From Octopus vulgaris (lineage: Eukaryota), in NCBI GenBank assembly GCA_951406725.2, contig OX597820.1, positions 2,976,001 through 3,040,000 on the forward strand: a DNA stretch of 64,000 bases, given 5' to 3'. Under the pieces are notes generated by a model. It did no database searches. It was not told where the DNA came from and saw nothing but the letters and a program-made list of their open reading frames with translations. Positions 13,453 through 26,359 of this stretch are shown piece by piece (position 1 is the stretch's first letter; each line of letters starts with the position of its first letter). The position numbers and the translations under genes are program-made.

Positions 13453-16400
13453 ATATATACGGCGGTCTTCTACATAGTTTCCGTCTACCAAATTCACTCA
13501 CAAAGCATTGGTCAGCCGAGGGCTATAGTTGAAGACATTTGTCCAAGATGCTACGCAGTGGAACTAAACTCGAAACCACATACCCAAAGTTACATTTAGA
13601 TATATTTATGCTGGTTTCCTAAAGACACCAATAATTCCTTAGTTTGTGCTTCTTTAACGACTTGGAACGAGACTTTGTGTTAAGGCCGAAACAATTCAGT
13701 CATTTTAGCCATTCAAAGAATACGAAAAGAAAGGAAAACCCTGTTACGTTCGTTTTTTGCTAAATTCTTAAGATATCAAAATTTTCGTCGCACTTCTGTG
13801 GCTCTGGTCACAGACACGATTCCACTGCAGTCGTTTGGTCAGGATATATATTCTTTTATTCTTTTACCTGCGTCAGTCGTTAGATTGCGGCCATACTGCG
13901 GCACCGCCTTGAAGAATTTCAGTCGAACAGATCGATCCTAGTACTTTTATTTTAGGTCTGGTACTTACTCTATTGGTCTCTTTTCTTTTGTCGAACCGCT
14001 AAGTTACGGAGATATAAACGTACCAACACAGATTGTCAGGCAGTGGGGGGGGGGGGGGACATACGCCCAAGGTGACATGCAGTGGGGCTGAAACCAGAAC
14101 CATGTGGTTGGGAAGCAAACTTCTTACCACCCAGTCAACATTTTTCGGGTTTCATAAAGCAAATCCCCAGTCAATTTTTGGGATCGTCTTCTACGATGTA
14201 CCCCAGCCTATGATCTCCCTCTTGAAGACCAGGTTGGGATGGGAAAATCGTCCAGATTAATGCTGCCGACAGCTAGAGCTTCCGAAGAAGCATAGCTCGA
14301 GTGGACCCATGGGGGCCGCTCCACTTCGGCGATGCGCTTTTATGAATACAGCCCTTTTGGGACTGCTGTGTAAGCCTGTTTAGGGGACAATAAATTCAAG
14401 GGTAATCCGGGGCGGCACACATTCTAGTTACGTCACTGCTTCCGCGAGAAACTTTGCTTAGCAAAACAACACTACTTTCATAACCATCAGTTGTGCTTAG
14501 GGGCCTTCTCAAAGTTCTTAGCTATTATTTTTATAAAGGTCTCGTCGTTAGTTAACGGGCCCCTCTTTGGCTTTCCGGCCGCGGATCAGTTTTCTCGGTT
14601 GATCCTTCACCCCGACCCCTTGTAGGCTTTGTCGACGACTTACCTCACAGAGACGTCCTGGTGCATTTCCCTCGTCCCCAGCAAACCCAACGAGGAGGTT
14701 TCTTTTTGTCGTTCAATCTGCTAGAAATAGCAGCCAAATGTCTCCGAAATTATATAGTATCATCTTTTAAAAAGGGCACTGGATAACCTCGTCCAGTGTC
14801 CACTGTCTGGGCGAGATGGTCGTAGTTGGAACGTCTTTGATATAGATTTGTTTGTTCAGGGTTGAACTAAGCCCGAATCGACAACGAAGTCTCTACATAA
14901 ATAATCTGCTAGAAATAGTAGCCAATTCTCCCTCAAACTACACAAAACAGAATACGTTGGATTATGAAGTGTGGATGTGGAAAAAAAAGGCATGATGGTC
15001 ATGATAGGAAGCTTTTTGACTATAATCTCGTTCAGGGCTGACTCAGGGTTAAAAAACAATGGAAGTAGCCTACCATAGATGCTATACGGTCGACTGACCG
15101 ACTAGAAATTGTAGCCGAAACCCCTTCAAATCACAACCTACTCTTTTAGAAAAGGAGACATTAAATAATCTTCTCTACTCTAGCCACAAGGCCTGGAATT
15201 TTGGGGGAGGGGCCAATTGATAAAATCGACCCCAGTATGCAACTGGTACTTAATTTATCGACCCCGAAAGGATGAAAGGCAAAGTCGACCTCGGCGGAAT
15301 TAGAACTCGGAACTTAAAGACAGACGAGGAGACATTAATTAATGTCGTCTTGAGCTCTGAGTCTGTAAGAAAAGGCTGGATGGTCACGATTGAAGAGTCT
15401 TGGATTATTGATCCAACGCTCGATCGGGGTTGAACAAGAACAAAAAAAACAAAACAAAAGAAAAACGGTTTCGTGGAGAAAATGGAGAAGATTTCAGTAA
15501 ACTCAATCGGAATATTTTGCAAGAACACTTCGAAAATTCCTGCAAAGAACTCTTGAAATATGCAGATGCCCCCTTTTCCTATTTTTCTATCTTCGATCGA
15601 ATTGTTTACATAGACGTATTCATACACGAAACGTCGGAACTTCCAGTGCTGGCTCTAATTTCTATGGAAAACCTTTACAAAGTGATAGAATGGCACTGCC
15701 AGTCTAGTTGGGGCAAGTCTCCTCCACTATAGCCCTGGGGGTCGACCAAAGCCCTTGAGAGTGGATTTGGTAAACGGAAACTGAAAGAAGCCTGTCGTGT
15801 ATGTATCTTTGACCTCTACCGCGTTGGCAATCGGTGTTGGTGTGTTTACGTCCGCGTAACATAACAAACCGATCGAATAAGTACCAGGCTTTAAAAAAAA
15901 GTACTAGGGTCGATTCTTTCGACTAGAAATTCTTCAAGGCGGTGCCCCAGCATGGCCCCAGTTTAATGACTGAAACAAGTAAACGATAACAGATAAAGGA
16001 AAAGCTGACTTCGGTTGGATTCGAACCAACGAAGGAACTTCATTCAGAATGGCTACTCAGCATGCTAGAAGTAGCAGCCAAATCTTCTAGCTACACCCTG
16101 ATGTATAAAACAGGAGGCAATGGATAACCGTATTTTTATCTGTTGCTGGTTTCAGTCATTGGACCGCAGCCATACTGGAGCAACACCTTTAAAGGTTTAA
16201 TCGAACAAGTCCACCCCAGTACCTATCTTTTTTTCTTAAATTTCATTCTATTAATGTTTTACCGAATCGCAAATTTGAAGAGACGTAAACAAACTAACAT
16301 TGGCTGTCAAATGGTGGTAGAGGGCAAACACACACACAGAGGATGAGCTTCCACACAGTTTTCGTTTACCAAATTCACTCACAAGGCATTGGTCAGCCCA

Positions 16401-16679
16401 GGACTGTAGATGAAGAGACTTGTCCAAGGTCCCTGCTGTCAATTCCAAATGCTTTTATACTTTTTATCAGCTGGAGAGCTACATAGATGGTCTGGCAACT
16501 AACACTAGAGTTGTTTCCCTTGCTTCTATGTTCCTGTCGGTGCAGCACAGAGTTTGGACTTTGTTTGGAACAAAGAAGCATTATCGATGCTACATCGTAG
16601 ACAAAACCCCCACGGAATAAATCTATAGGTATACCAAGTTCAAGCAAAATTCTTTCAAACCTGAAGAGAAAATAAACAT

Positions 16680-17025
16680 AGGTGCAGGAGTGGCTGTGTG
16701 GTAAGTAGCTTGCTTACCAACCACATGGTTCTGGGTTCAGTCCCACTGCGTGGCACCTTGGGCAACTGTCTTTTACCTCGGGCCGGCCAAAGCCTTGTGA
16801 GTGGATTTGGTAAACGGAAACTGAAAGAAGCCCGTCCTATATATGTATATGAATATATGTGTGTCTGTGATTGTCCCCCCCCCCACAACATCACTTGACA
16901 ACTGATGCTGGTGTGTTTATGTCCCCGTAACTTAGCGATTCGGCAAAATAGACCGATAGAATAAGTACTAGGCTTACAAAGAACAAGTCCTGGGGTCGAT
17001 TTGCTCGACTAAAGGCGGTGCTCCA
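16680..17025 (+). mobile_element. Third tRNA-derived SINE family with internal microsatellite (representative copy)
   Basis: ggagtggctgtgtggtaag...gggttcagtcccactgcgtggcaccttgggc...gaagcccgtc(TA)n...tgactgaaacaagtaaaaga. Copies at ~4125, 8120, 11750, 21535, 23725, 26150, 31555, 33540, 41390, 52110, 59585 and 60250. Confidence 0.85.
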
Positions 17026-17089
17026 GAAAAAGTGATGGCCTGTAAAATTGCTGTTTATTCTTCGGGTATCACCATCCGTAATGCAAAGG

Positions 17090-17260
17090 AGAGAAAAAAT
17101 GAATAAAGAGAGTAGTCTGACTGGTCGCTATCAGTTTGTGCAGGTGGCCATCGAAACCTCAGGTGTTGTCGGCTCCCGTACTGCCCTACTGCTGCAGCGA
17201 GGGTCGCTGGCTATTCTCTGCAGCAACGCCTTTGCAATCCTGTCAACGAGGCATTGTTAA
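17090..17260 (+). mobile_element. CRE-like retrotransposon RLE remnant
   Basis: RYQFVQVAIETSGVVG...QRGSLAILCSNAFAIL resembles the F.P.A.ET.G..G...QR.S.A..RGNA motif. Confidence 0.55.
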
Positions 17261-17555
17261 ACACGGCCAATCTGGTCTGGGGTGCATAACCCATTACTCT
17301 CTCTCTCTCATCATCCTCTTCTACTTAATTCCTCACCTTTTTTTTTCTTTGTTTCCTTGGTGAGGAAGTTATGGGGCCGAGGAGGGGGGTGTCTCGATAA
17401 TTGGATCTTTTATGCTTTTAAAGGGGTTTCTTTTCTTTCTTTTCAAATTGTTTTTAAAACACTCCTTGGTTGGTTACATCAACTAATTCGCTCTAAAGAA
17501 GTATCCAGACAAAATACTGGAACAGAAGAGATTGTCAACTGATCCTGGCTTTCTT

Positions 17556-17661
17556 TACATTATTTACATTTGACAGATGTTTGTCCCCAAACAACAAACA
17601 AGGTGAGGACAAATATCCGTCAAATGTAAATAATTCCTCATCTCTTAAATATTGAACTGCA
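17556..17661. mobile_element. Tiny fold-back insertion with 10-bp TSD; same family as the 47.3-kb hammerhead element
   Basis: Hairpin 17559-17634; tggctttctt on both sides; shares gaggacaaatat...caaatgtaaa...catctcttaaatat with 47346-47640. Confidence 0.7.
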
Positions 17662-17856
17662 TGGCTTTCTTGTTATTTACTGATATACACATCAAGAACA
17701 GAGATTATACAATGAGATAAATACAGACACCTTAACATCAAAGATGTCCTCTCCGTCCCTCTCCGCCATCTTGCTTAAATTTAGTTCTCAATGTTTTACC
17801 CTCTCCTTCCTTTTCTCTCTCACGTTTCATTTACCTTTACCTCTCCTCCACCCCCA

Positions 17857-18361
17857 CGACTTTGTTTCCTCATAGCTTTCCGAAAAACGCATATTCTTTA
17901 ATGAAATTTTACGAAGATGCCTTTGAGATAGTGTTGATTAGGATTATATTGGGATTTGTGGTGAAAAAAGAAATTCAGAGTGTGGGGAGAGGAGTTTCAG
18001 ATAATCCACTTACCACGAATTTTGTTTCGCCTTAACTTTCAAAAAAACAAAATTTTATTTTCAAATAAAATTTTCCGCAAATTCGTTTCAGAGAGTGTAT
18101 ATTACGATTACGTCTAAGTTTAATGTGGAAATAAAATGGGATTGGGTTGATAATCCACACGCCTTGACTTTATTTTCTTCCAGTATTTTGATGAAGAGGG
18201 TGAATGATCCAACCCCATCCACCAATTTGGTTTTTTTGGGTTTTTTTTATTTTCCCATCAAATCTTATTTAATCGTAGTCTACAGCAACAAAAACGTATT
18301 TCTCGAGAATTTTATTCAAAAAAGTATCTATTTCCCCAAAAGTTATGAGGAAACCAAGTCG
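17857..18361. mobile_element. Degraded TIR DNA-transposon MITE
   Basis: cgactttgtttcctcatagcttt and aaagttatgaggaaaccaagtcg; related end at ~7580. Confidence 0.55.
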
Positions 18362-18409
18362 GAAGGTGGAACCCATCTGTAGTAATGCCAGATGGAGTTA
18401 CAACTCCTC

Positions 18410-18630
18410 TTCTACAATCAAACTATTTGCAAGTTGACTCATAACCAACTCCAAACATGCCGAGTATTTTCGTTAATTAGCAGGACACATTTGTAAAGCT
18501 CAATATGCACCATGTACATCTTCAAATGGAACTGGATAAGAACAGCAAATACCTACAGACTATAAACGTATGATTAAGGCTTCATTAATTTAGCCGAGTC
18601 GTTTAGTATCGCATTTGCACCAGGAAGTAT
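18410..18630 (+). mobile_element. Decayed Ty3/Gypsy reverse transcriptase remnant
   Basis: LQVDS*PTPNMPSIF...TFVKLNMHHVHLQMELDKNSKYLQTINV...FSIAFAPG resembles YPLP...FSKLDL..AYLQ..LDE.S..LTTIN...PFG.ASAPG; contains stops and frameshifts. Confidence 0.65.
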
Positions 18631-19500
18631 ACACTTCAACGTTTTTCTATTTTGTCCCATTAAGCGGAAGGCATACGACTTTTCAGACTGCCATTCAGAG
18701 ACAATCGCAGTTGTATCAAATAGGATCTGTGTCCATCTTTTGATCTTTTCACGAGTATCGACGGACATTGATTAGAGTCTGCGGTTGGTGGATTGTGTCA
18801 CAGATCTCTCACAGGCATTCACTGAACACTCGCATTAATGCCGTCTTCCTCCATAAAGGAAACGAACATTAAACATCTAAGAAAATATATCTACATTTTG
18901 ACTGCTTATTTATGAATAAAAGCAAACAAACAACTTAAGAAGGCTTCGACACACACATGGCCGTATGGTTAAGAAGCTTAGAAAAGCAACTACGTGGTTT
19001 CGGGTTCAGTTACACTGTGCGGCACCTTTGACAAGTGTTTTGTACTATAGCCTCGGGCTAACGAATCAACCCCTTGTCAGAGAATTTGGTAAGCGGAAAC
19101 TTAACGAGGGTTGTAAATGAGCATCACTGTCATACAAGCAGTGTCGATCGTTTCTAAAATTCTGCAAAAACTTACCTGGTCATGGAGAAAACCTGCCTCA
19201 ACAAATTCTGTCTGAAAAACGGACGTTAAACGATGAGGATGCTTGTAAATGGATGTATGATGTCATGGAGGGACTGCGCCGCTAACGGCTTGCGTTACCG
19301 AGGTGTCAGGTGATGCTCGTTGGGGTGGTTGGCTTCTCCAACGCCTTGGCCTCGCCGTCGCCTCTGGTGGTGCCGCCAGCGTGTTGGCTTCCGTTAAACC
19401 TTGCGCTGTGCGTCCAATTGAGGCAGATCGATACTGCACTGATGTCTTTTTTCCCCTTTTCCTTTGTTTTTGTTTTTCGTTTGTATGAATTATTTGTTAA

Positions 19501-19779
19501 ATTGAATTGGCATAGTTTCGGTTGTAGTAGCACAGATTTCCGTCGATTTCCGTAAAAAACTTTATTTTTTTACATAAGTAATGAGAGCGAAAGAGACTAA
19601 GAGGAAGCGATTTTATGACGAGAAGGTTTCTCTTTGAAGTCGGCCTGTGTGTGTTTGATGGGGTGTGGGAGACAGACAGTATGTTGTGTAAGTGAAGTGC
19701 TTCTGTTAGTGTGTGCGAAGAGACAGACATACATATACACATACACCGAGTAAAAAATTACGATGAATCGGCCATACAT

Positions 19780-19810
<31 letters not shown>

Positions 19811-19954
19811 TACATAGATACATACACACACACACATACATACACACACACACATACTTACACACACACACACACATAGATAGATACACACACACATACA
19901 TGCAGACATACATATACACATACACCGAGTAAAAAATTACACTGAATCGACCAT

Positions 19955-19991
<37 letters not shown>

Positions 19992-20440
19992 TACATAGAT
20001 ACATACACACACACACATACATGCAGACATACATATACACATACACCGAGTAAAAAATTACGATGAATCGGCCATACATACATACACACACACATACTTA
20101 CACACACACACATACATAGATACATACACACACACACACATACATGCATACATACATATACACATACACCGAGTAAAAAATCAGTTATCTCTCTCTTTCA
20201 CACATTACTCTCTCTGTCTCTTCGCACACACTAACAGAAGCACTTCACTTACACAACATACTGTCTGTCTCCCACACCCCATCAAACACACACAGGCCGA
20301 CTTCAAAGAGAAACCTTCTCGTCATAAAATCGCTTCCTCTTAGTCTCTTTCGCTCTCATTACTTATGTAAAAAAATAAAAGTTTTTTACGGAAATCGACG
20401 GAAATCTGAGCTACGACATGCGAAACTTCGCCATTGAATT
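19501..20440. mobile_element. Fold-back (long-TIR) element: ~190-bp near-perfect arms plus a diverged ~35-bp extension; microsatellite-rich tandem spacer
   Basis: 19535-19727 is essentially the reverse complement of 20213-20408. The spacer has 4 copies of catacaccgagtaaaaaa separated by CA/CATA repeats. Confidence 0.85.
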
Positions 20441-20888
20441 ATTTAGTTTCCCAAGAATATCAACTGTTATCTCCCACTTAGATTGTCCAGACACACTCAA
20501 AAGCCTATTTAAAAACAGCACTCATCAGAAAGAGGGGAAAAGGGATTAAACATATTTTTTTACTTCTACAAGAACAGAGATAGGAACAAAAGCAAGAGAA
20601 AAACGATTCCAGATTCAAGTTCTGAAGATATTCCTCATTCAAAACAAACATTTGGATGCAGACATAAAAATAAACACCTTCGTTTCATAAAGAATATAAC
20701 GATAAGTAACAGCAATAATTCATTTCCTATACAACTAAAATCGGATTTAGAAATAACTAAATATCTAAAAATGGGTATGAGACGTTTTGGCACAGCCGTT
20801 TTGGCACCACCTCTTTGGTGTCACTGATTATATCATCATCCTCATCATTATCAATTATCATGCTTTTTTTTGTGAATTCTCCCCCTAC

Positions 20889-20939
<51 letters not shown>

Positions 20940-21098
20940 ATTTAGAGCTAAAAAAATCCATTAGGTGGATAGCCATATGCTAGAAGAAGATCACATACGA
21001 TCTAACTGCAAACAAGGAATGATCTCCAGAGAAAATTCAGCAAACACCAGAACATAGGCAGGCAAGACAGATGAAAATTACAAAAAAATCAAGAATTA

Positions 21099-21168
21099 AT
21101 CGTATACCAGTTTCTTCTATTACCGAATAAATTACGTAATTCTTCGTCCGTAGATTCATCAGTACGAT
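21099..21168 (-). ncRNA. Type-I hammerhead ribozyme with long stem II
   Basis: Minus strand reads AUCGUA CUGAUGA A UCUA...UAGA A GAAA C-UG-G UA UACGAU. Stem I is 6 bp, stem II is extended by an internal hairpin, triplet GUA. Confidence 0.75.
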
Positions 21169-21999
21169 CGTTCCACATACAACATAATATAATTTGTAAA
21201 ACTAAACACTAGTTTTCTATATAAAACCAGACACGTGCTTAGTTTCGCCGATTACATATATATCATCATCATCATCATCATCTTTAAACATCTGTTTCCC
21301 ATGCTGGCATGGGTTGAACAGTTTGACTGGAGCCAGCAAGTAAGAAGACTGCACCAAGCTCTTCTCTGGATGCCTCTTCCTTATGTCAACCACTTTACAG
21401 AGTGTACTGGGGGGCTTTTTATGTGGCACCAACAGCAGTGGGGTCACCAAGTAACTTGTAGACCAAGACCCTCACCTCAACGGAGATGAGGAGTAGTAAT
21501 GAAGGACAGATATTATATAAATATATGCATAAATAGGTGCAGGAGTGGCTGTGTGGTAAGTAGCTTGCTTACCAACTGCATGGCTCTGGGTTCAGTCCCA
21601 CTGTGTGGCGCCTTGAGCAAGTGTCTTCTACTATAGCCTTGGGCTGACCAAAGCCTTGTGAATGGATTTGGTAGATGGAAACTGAAAGAAGCCCGTCGTA
21701 TATATATATGCATATCTATGTATGTGTGTGCATATGTTTGTGTGTCTGTGCTTGTCCCCGTAACTCAGCAGTTCGGCAAAAGACACCAATAGAATAAGTA
21801 CTTGGCTTACAAAGAATAAGTCCTGGGGCCGATTTGTTTGACTAAAAGGCGGTGCTCCAGTATGGCTACCATCAAATGACTGAAACAAGTGAAAAAAATA
21901 AAAGAATAAATGCATGGGAAAGCATGTTGTTAGGGTCTTCTGGTCAATGAAGCAGAAGTTTGTAACGCATCAGTGATACTGTGTTATGTCCCTGTCTGA

Positions 22000-22441
22000 A
22001 GGTGGCAAGCTGGCAGAATCGTTAGCATGCTGGGCGAAATGCTTAGCAGTTCGTCTGTCTTTCCATTCTGAGTTCAAATTCCACTGAGGTCGACTTAGAT
22101 TTTCAACCTTTCAGGGTCGATAAATTAAGTACCAATTGCATACTGGTGTCGATCTAATCGACTGGCACCCTCCCCCAAAATTTCAAGCCTTGTGCCTAGA
22201 GTAGAAAAGAATATTTTGGTTAAAATAAGGCGGCAAGCTGGCAGAAACGTTAGCACGCTGGGCGAAATGCTTAGTAGTATTTCGTCTGTTTTTATGTTCT
22301 AAGTTCAAATTCCACTGAGGTCGACTTTGACTTTCATCCTTTCTGGGTCGATAAATTAAGTACCAATTGCGTACTGGTGTCGATCTAATCGACTGGCACC
22401 CTCCCCCAAAATTTCAAGCCTTGTGCCTAGAGTAGAAAGGA
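22000..22441 (+). mobile_element. Head-to-tail SINE dimer within one TSD
   Basis: Two copies share private variants; ttatgtcc(c)tgtctga lies on both sides. Confidence 0.75.
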
Positions 22442-23211
22442 TTATGTCCTGTCTGAGGCAATTTTCAAACGAGCCAATTTGCATGCTGGAAATCGGTCAT
22501 CACAAATTAGGAATAAGATATTTTTTTTGTAAAACTGAGGAACTTCCCCATTCAGCTCCCAAACTGGATTCTCCCAGTCCGATTGGTCTGCTTTGCTATG
22601 GAATCCTGTATCAGTTGGGCATCTGTCCAGCTATGATGATAATTACGCTAGTTTACTATCCTACCTGGCCGTAAGAATGGCAGAATTACCATTGAACAGA
22701 ATTACCATTGTGCTATTTTTAGGGCAATAAATATTCTTTCTCTATACAATAGGTGCAAGCATGGCTGCATGGTTAGGAAGTTTGCTTCCCAAGCATGTGG
22801 TCTTGGGTTCAGTCCCACTGCACAGTACCCTTGCCAGGTGTGTTCTACCTTAGCTCCTGGCCAACTAAAGCCTTGCAAGTGAATTTGGTAGAGGTGACTG
22901 ATGTGTCTGTCCTGTTGTCTCAACATCACACGATAGTCGTAAACGAGCATCACTGTTATGCACACACTGTCCTTTGTTTCCAATCTTCTGTGGAAAACAT
23001 GCCTGGCCATAGGGAAATATTGCCTTGCATAGAAACAGCTGAAATTTGGTGAGAGGAAAGACTTCTGGCTGTAGAAAATCTGCTTTGACAAATTCCTTCT
23101 GACCCATGCCAGCATAACAAAATGGACGTTAAATGATGAAGATATAAATCAATAGGTAAATCAAAATCATTTAGTGACTGGGGTTGTATGTGGCCCATCA
23201 TATGTGTGTGC

Positions 23212-23249
<38 letters not shown>

Positions 23250-24428
23250 GTATACTTCTTTGTACTGACCCTTTTGATGAGTGCTGTTTTAAGTTTTTCT
23301 CCTGACGTGTGTGAAACAGATTGGGAAAGAATCATCTGAATTAGATCCATGATACTGTATAGCATCAATATTTCAGGGTGGAAAGCTGGCAGAATCGTCA
23401 GCACACACAGGTAAAATGCCTAGCGGTATTTTATTTGTCTTTATTTGAAGGCAGTGAGCTGGCAGAAACGTTAGCACACCAGGTGAAATGCTTAGCGGTA
23501 TTTCATCTGTCTTGACATTGTGAGTTCAAATTCTGCCGAGGTCGACTTTGCCTTTCATCCTTTCGGGGTCGATTAAATAAGTACCAGTTACGCACTGGGG
23601 TCAATGTTATCTGTCCTTGTTTGTCCTCTCTGTGTTTAGCCCCTTGTGGGTAGTAAAGAAATAGGTATTTTATTTGTCTTTACGTTCTGAATTTAAATTC
23701 CGTCAAAGTCGACTTTACCTTTATAGAGGTGCAGAAGTGGCTGTGTGGTAAGTAGCTTGCTTACCAATCACATGGTTTCGGGTTCTGTCTGACTGTGTGG
23801 CACCTTGAGCAAGTGTCTTCTACAATAGCCTTGGGCCGACCAAAGTCATGTGATTGGATTTGGTAAATGGAAACTGAAAGAAGCCTGTCGTATATGTATA
23901 TATATATGTATGTATGTATATATATATATATATATATATGTATGCATGTATATATATATATATATATATATGTGTATGTTGGCGTTAGGAAGGGCATCCA
24001 GCCGTAGAAACACTGCCAGATTTGACTGGGCCTGATGAAGCCTTCTGGCTTCACAGACCCCAGTAGAACCGTCCAACCCATGCTAGCATGGAAAACGGAC
24101 GCTAAACGATGATGATGATGATGATGTATGTATGTTTGTGTGTCTGTGTTTGTTCCCTACCATTGCTTGACAACCGATGTTGGTGTGTTTACGTCCCCGT
24201 AACTTAGTGGTTCAGCAAAAGAGACCGATAGAATAAATACTCGGCTTACAATGAATAAGTCCCAGGGTCGGACTCTAGCATGGCCGCAGTCAAATGACTG
24301 AAACAAGTAAAAGAAAAAAAAGAATAAAAGAAAACCTACTCTATTGACAAATTACGAATGGCTGTTTTATACAGATTTATGAATTCTTAGACGACTATAT
24401 ATATATATGTATGTATAGTTGTCTAAGA

Positions 24429-24459
<31 letters not shown>

Positions 24460-24711
24460 ACACACATACATATATATATATATAGATAGATAGATATGGT
24501 TCAAATAAAATTAGTGTACGACCCCTAACAGAACACCTTACATGCTAGAAGGAACAGTCAAAATCCAAACCACAGTTAAGATCAATTTCGGTGTGTGTGT
24601 GAACCTATATGTATATATAAAGTTAATCCAAACAAGAAAGCACAAAAAAACACAACAACGCAAGGACGTGGAACAAATATAGTATTATTGGACGCTCAGG
24701 AAAGAAGGAGG

Positions 24712-24746
24712 GTTTAACGTTTCAAGCAGAGCTCTTCATCGGAAAC
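24712..24746 (-). ncRNA. Minimal hammerhead motif, CCGAUGA core variant
   Basis: GUUU CCGAUGA A GAGC-UCU-GCUU GAAA CG UU AAAC; palindromic AACGUU stem III. Confidence 0.55.
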
Positions 24747-26070
24747 ATAGGAGAAGGAAAGATCCAGAGAAGGGAAGACAGAGGAAACAAAATCGCCAAC
24801 GGTACACACGCGGTCACATTTTATATATATATATTTATTGTGTCTTAAGTATGTGTGAGGCTCACACACACCTAAGATGCTTAATATATCACTTGCACAA
24901 GCACACAGTAACTGCTACACATATTCATTTGCACACGCACACGTACACCTGATAGCCTCTTACACACATACTACATGCATCCTCTCACACTCCCACACAC
25001 ATACACACACACACAAATAAATGGAACACACATCACTCCACAATGCATGCACTGGTTTACACAAACACACACATGCTCCCATACGCACACACAGGTTCAC
25101 ATGATTTTAAGCTCATCTCCCATACACACACATATACATTCACACCATGGTCAACTAACAACCACAATTGGTTCCGAGTGAATGGTCGTAAGTCGGCCTA
25201 TAGGCCTAACACAGCTTTGTTTTGTATTTTCACCTTCTTAAGGTACATTCTCAGGTAAAAGTCACACACAGCATTCTGTATTATTATTCTGCTGTTAGTC
25301 AAAAAATCCATAGTCTCAAGTCTTATAAACAAATACGAAGCTGCCACGATGTCTCTGGGACAGGACAGTCTTCTAACACAGAGGGGATTAATGACCAAAC
25401 CTAGGGGAAGCATTTGTTAGCTGAGATTATCCGTAAGTGGGTTAATTAGATTTCAACTGGGCTATTTATTATTGCTGCCGGGGGCTGACATGCAAATCAT
25501 CGTAAAGTCAATCAGTCGTAGTTGGATGGGTCACAAGTCAATGACAACCTGTATACACACACACACACATACCCTTCAACTAAGACATTGGAGCATGAAG
25601 CAGACATTCGGTGTTGGATCAGCCAATGAACACCAGTTAGCGGACATAGCATGATGGTAATAATGATGATGATCATCATCATCATCATTTAACGTCCGCT
25701 TTCCATGCTAGCATGGGTTGGACGATTTGACTGAGGTCTGGCGAACCAGACTCCAATCTGATCTGGCAGAGTTTCTACAGTTGGATGCCCTTCCTAACGC
25801 CAACCACTCTGAGAGTGTATTGGGTGCTTTTTACATGCCACCAGCACGCGGGCCAGTTTGGTGATACTGGCAAGAGCCATGCTCGAAATGGTGTTTTTGA
25901 TGTATGCTTTTATTTAAAATTGACCACTACAATCATATGAACAGAGCAAATTTAATTATTTCTCCAAAGATTGGGAAAAAATGATGATCAGCCTTAATCA
26001 ATTTTTGACCCCTAATGGGTTTTCATCAGAGATATTTACATCAGTTGACCCACCCCAGAAAAATTAATTG

Positions 26071-26137
26071 ATAGTCTAATGGATAAGGCATGTGACTTTG
26101 AATCAGAAGATTGTGAGTTCAAGTCTTATCATGGTCG
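26071..26137 (+). pseudogene. tRNA-Arg(TCG)-derived pseudogene; anticodon now TTG, 5' acceptor strand missing
   Basis: agtctaatggataaggcatgtgactttgaatcagaagattgtgagttcaagtcttatcatggtcg matches the eukaryotic tRNA-Arg(TCG) pattern GGCCTAATGGATAAGGCGTCTGACTTCGGATCAGAAGATTG...GTTCGA...TGGTCG, with several CpG-type transitions. Confidence 0.75.
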
Positions 26138-26314
26138 TAGAGTGGTACTTTAGGTGCAGGAGTGGCTGTGTGGTAAGTAGCTCGCTTACCAACCGCATAG
26201 CTCTAGGTTCAGTCCCACTGCATGGCACCTTAGGCAAGTGTCTTCTGCTATAGCCTCAGGCTGACCAAAGCCTTGTGAGTGGATTTGGCAGATGGAAACT
26301 GAAAGAAGCCCATC

Positions 26315-26359
<45 letters not shown>

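Noticed and set aside
12954-13497. ORFs rich in CV/HT/YI repeats (also at 19.6-20.1, 23.8, 28.7 and 34.8 kb)
   Set aside because: Translations of CA/TA microsatellites; not genes.
14170-14700. GC-richer block with ccgaaga and hairpins, considered as a ribozyme
   Set aside because: No GAAA core. Probably a retroelement 5' remnant, but not classifiable by eye.
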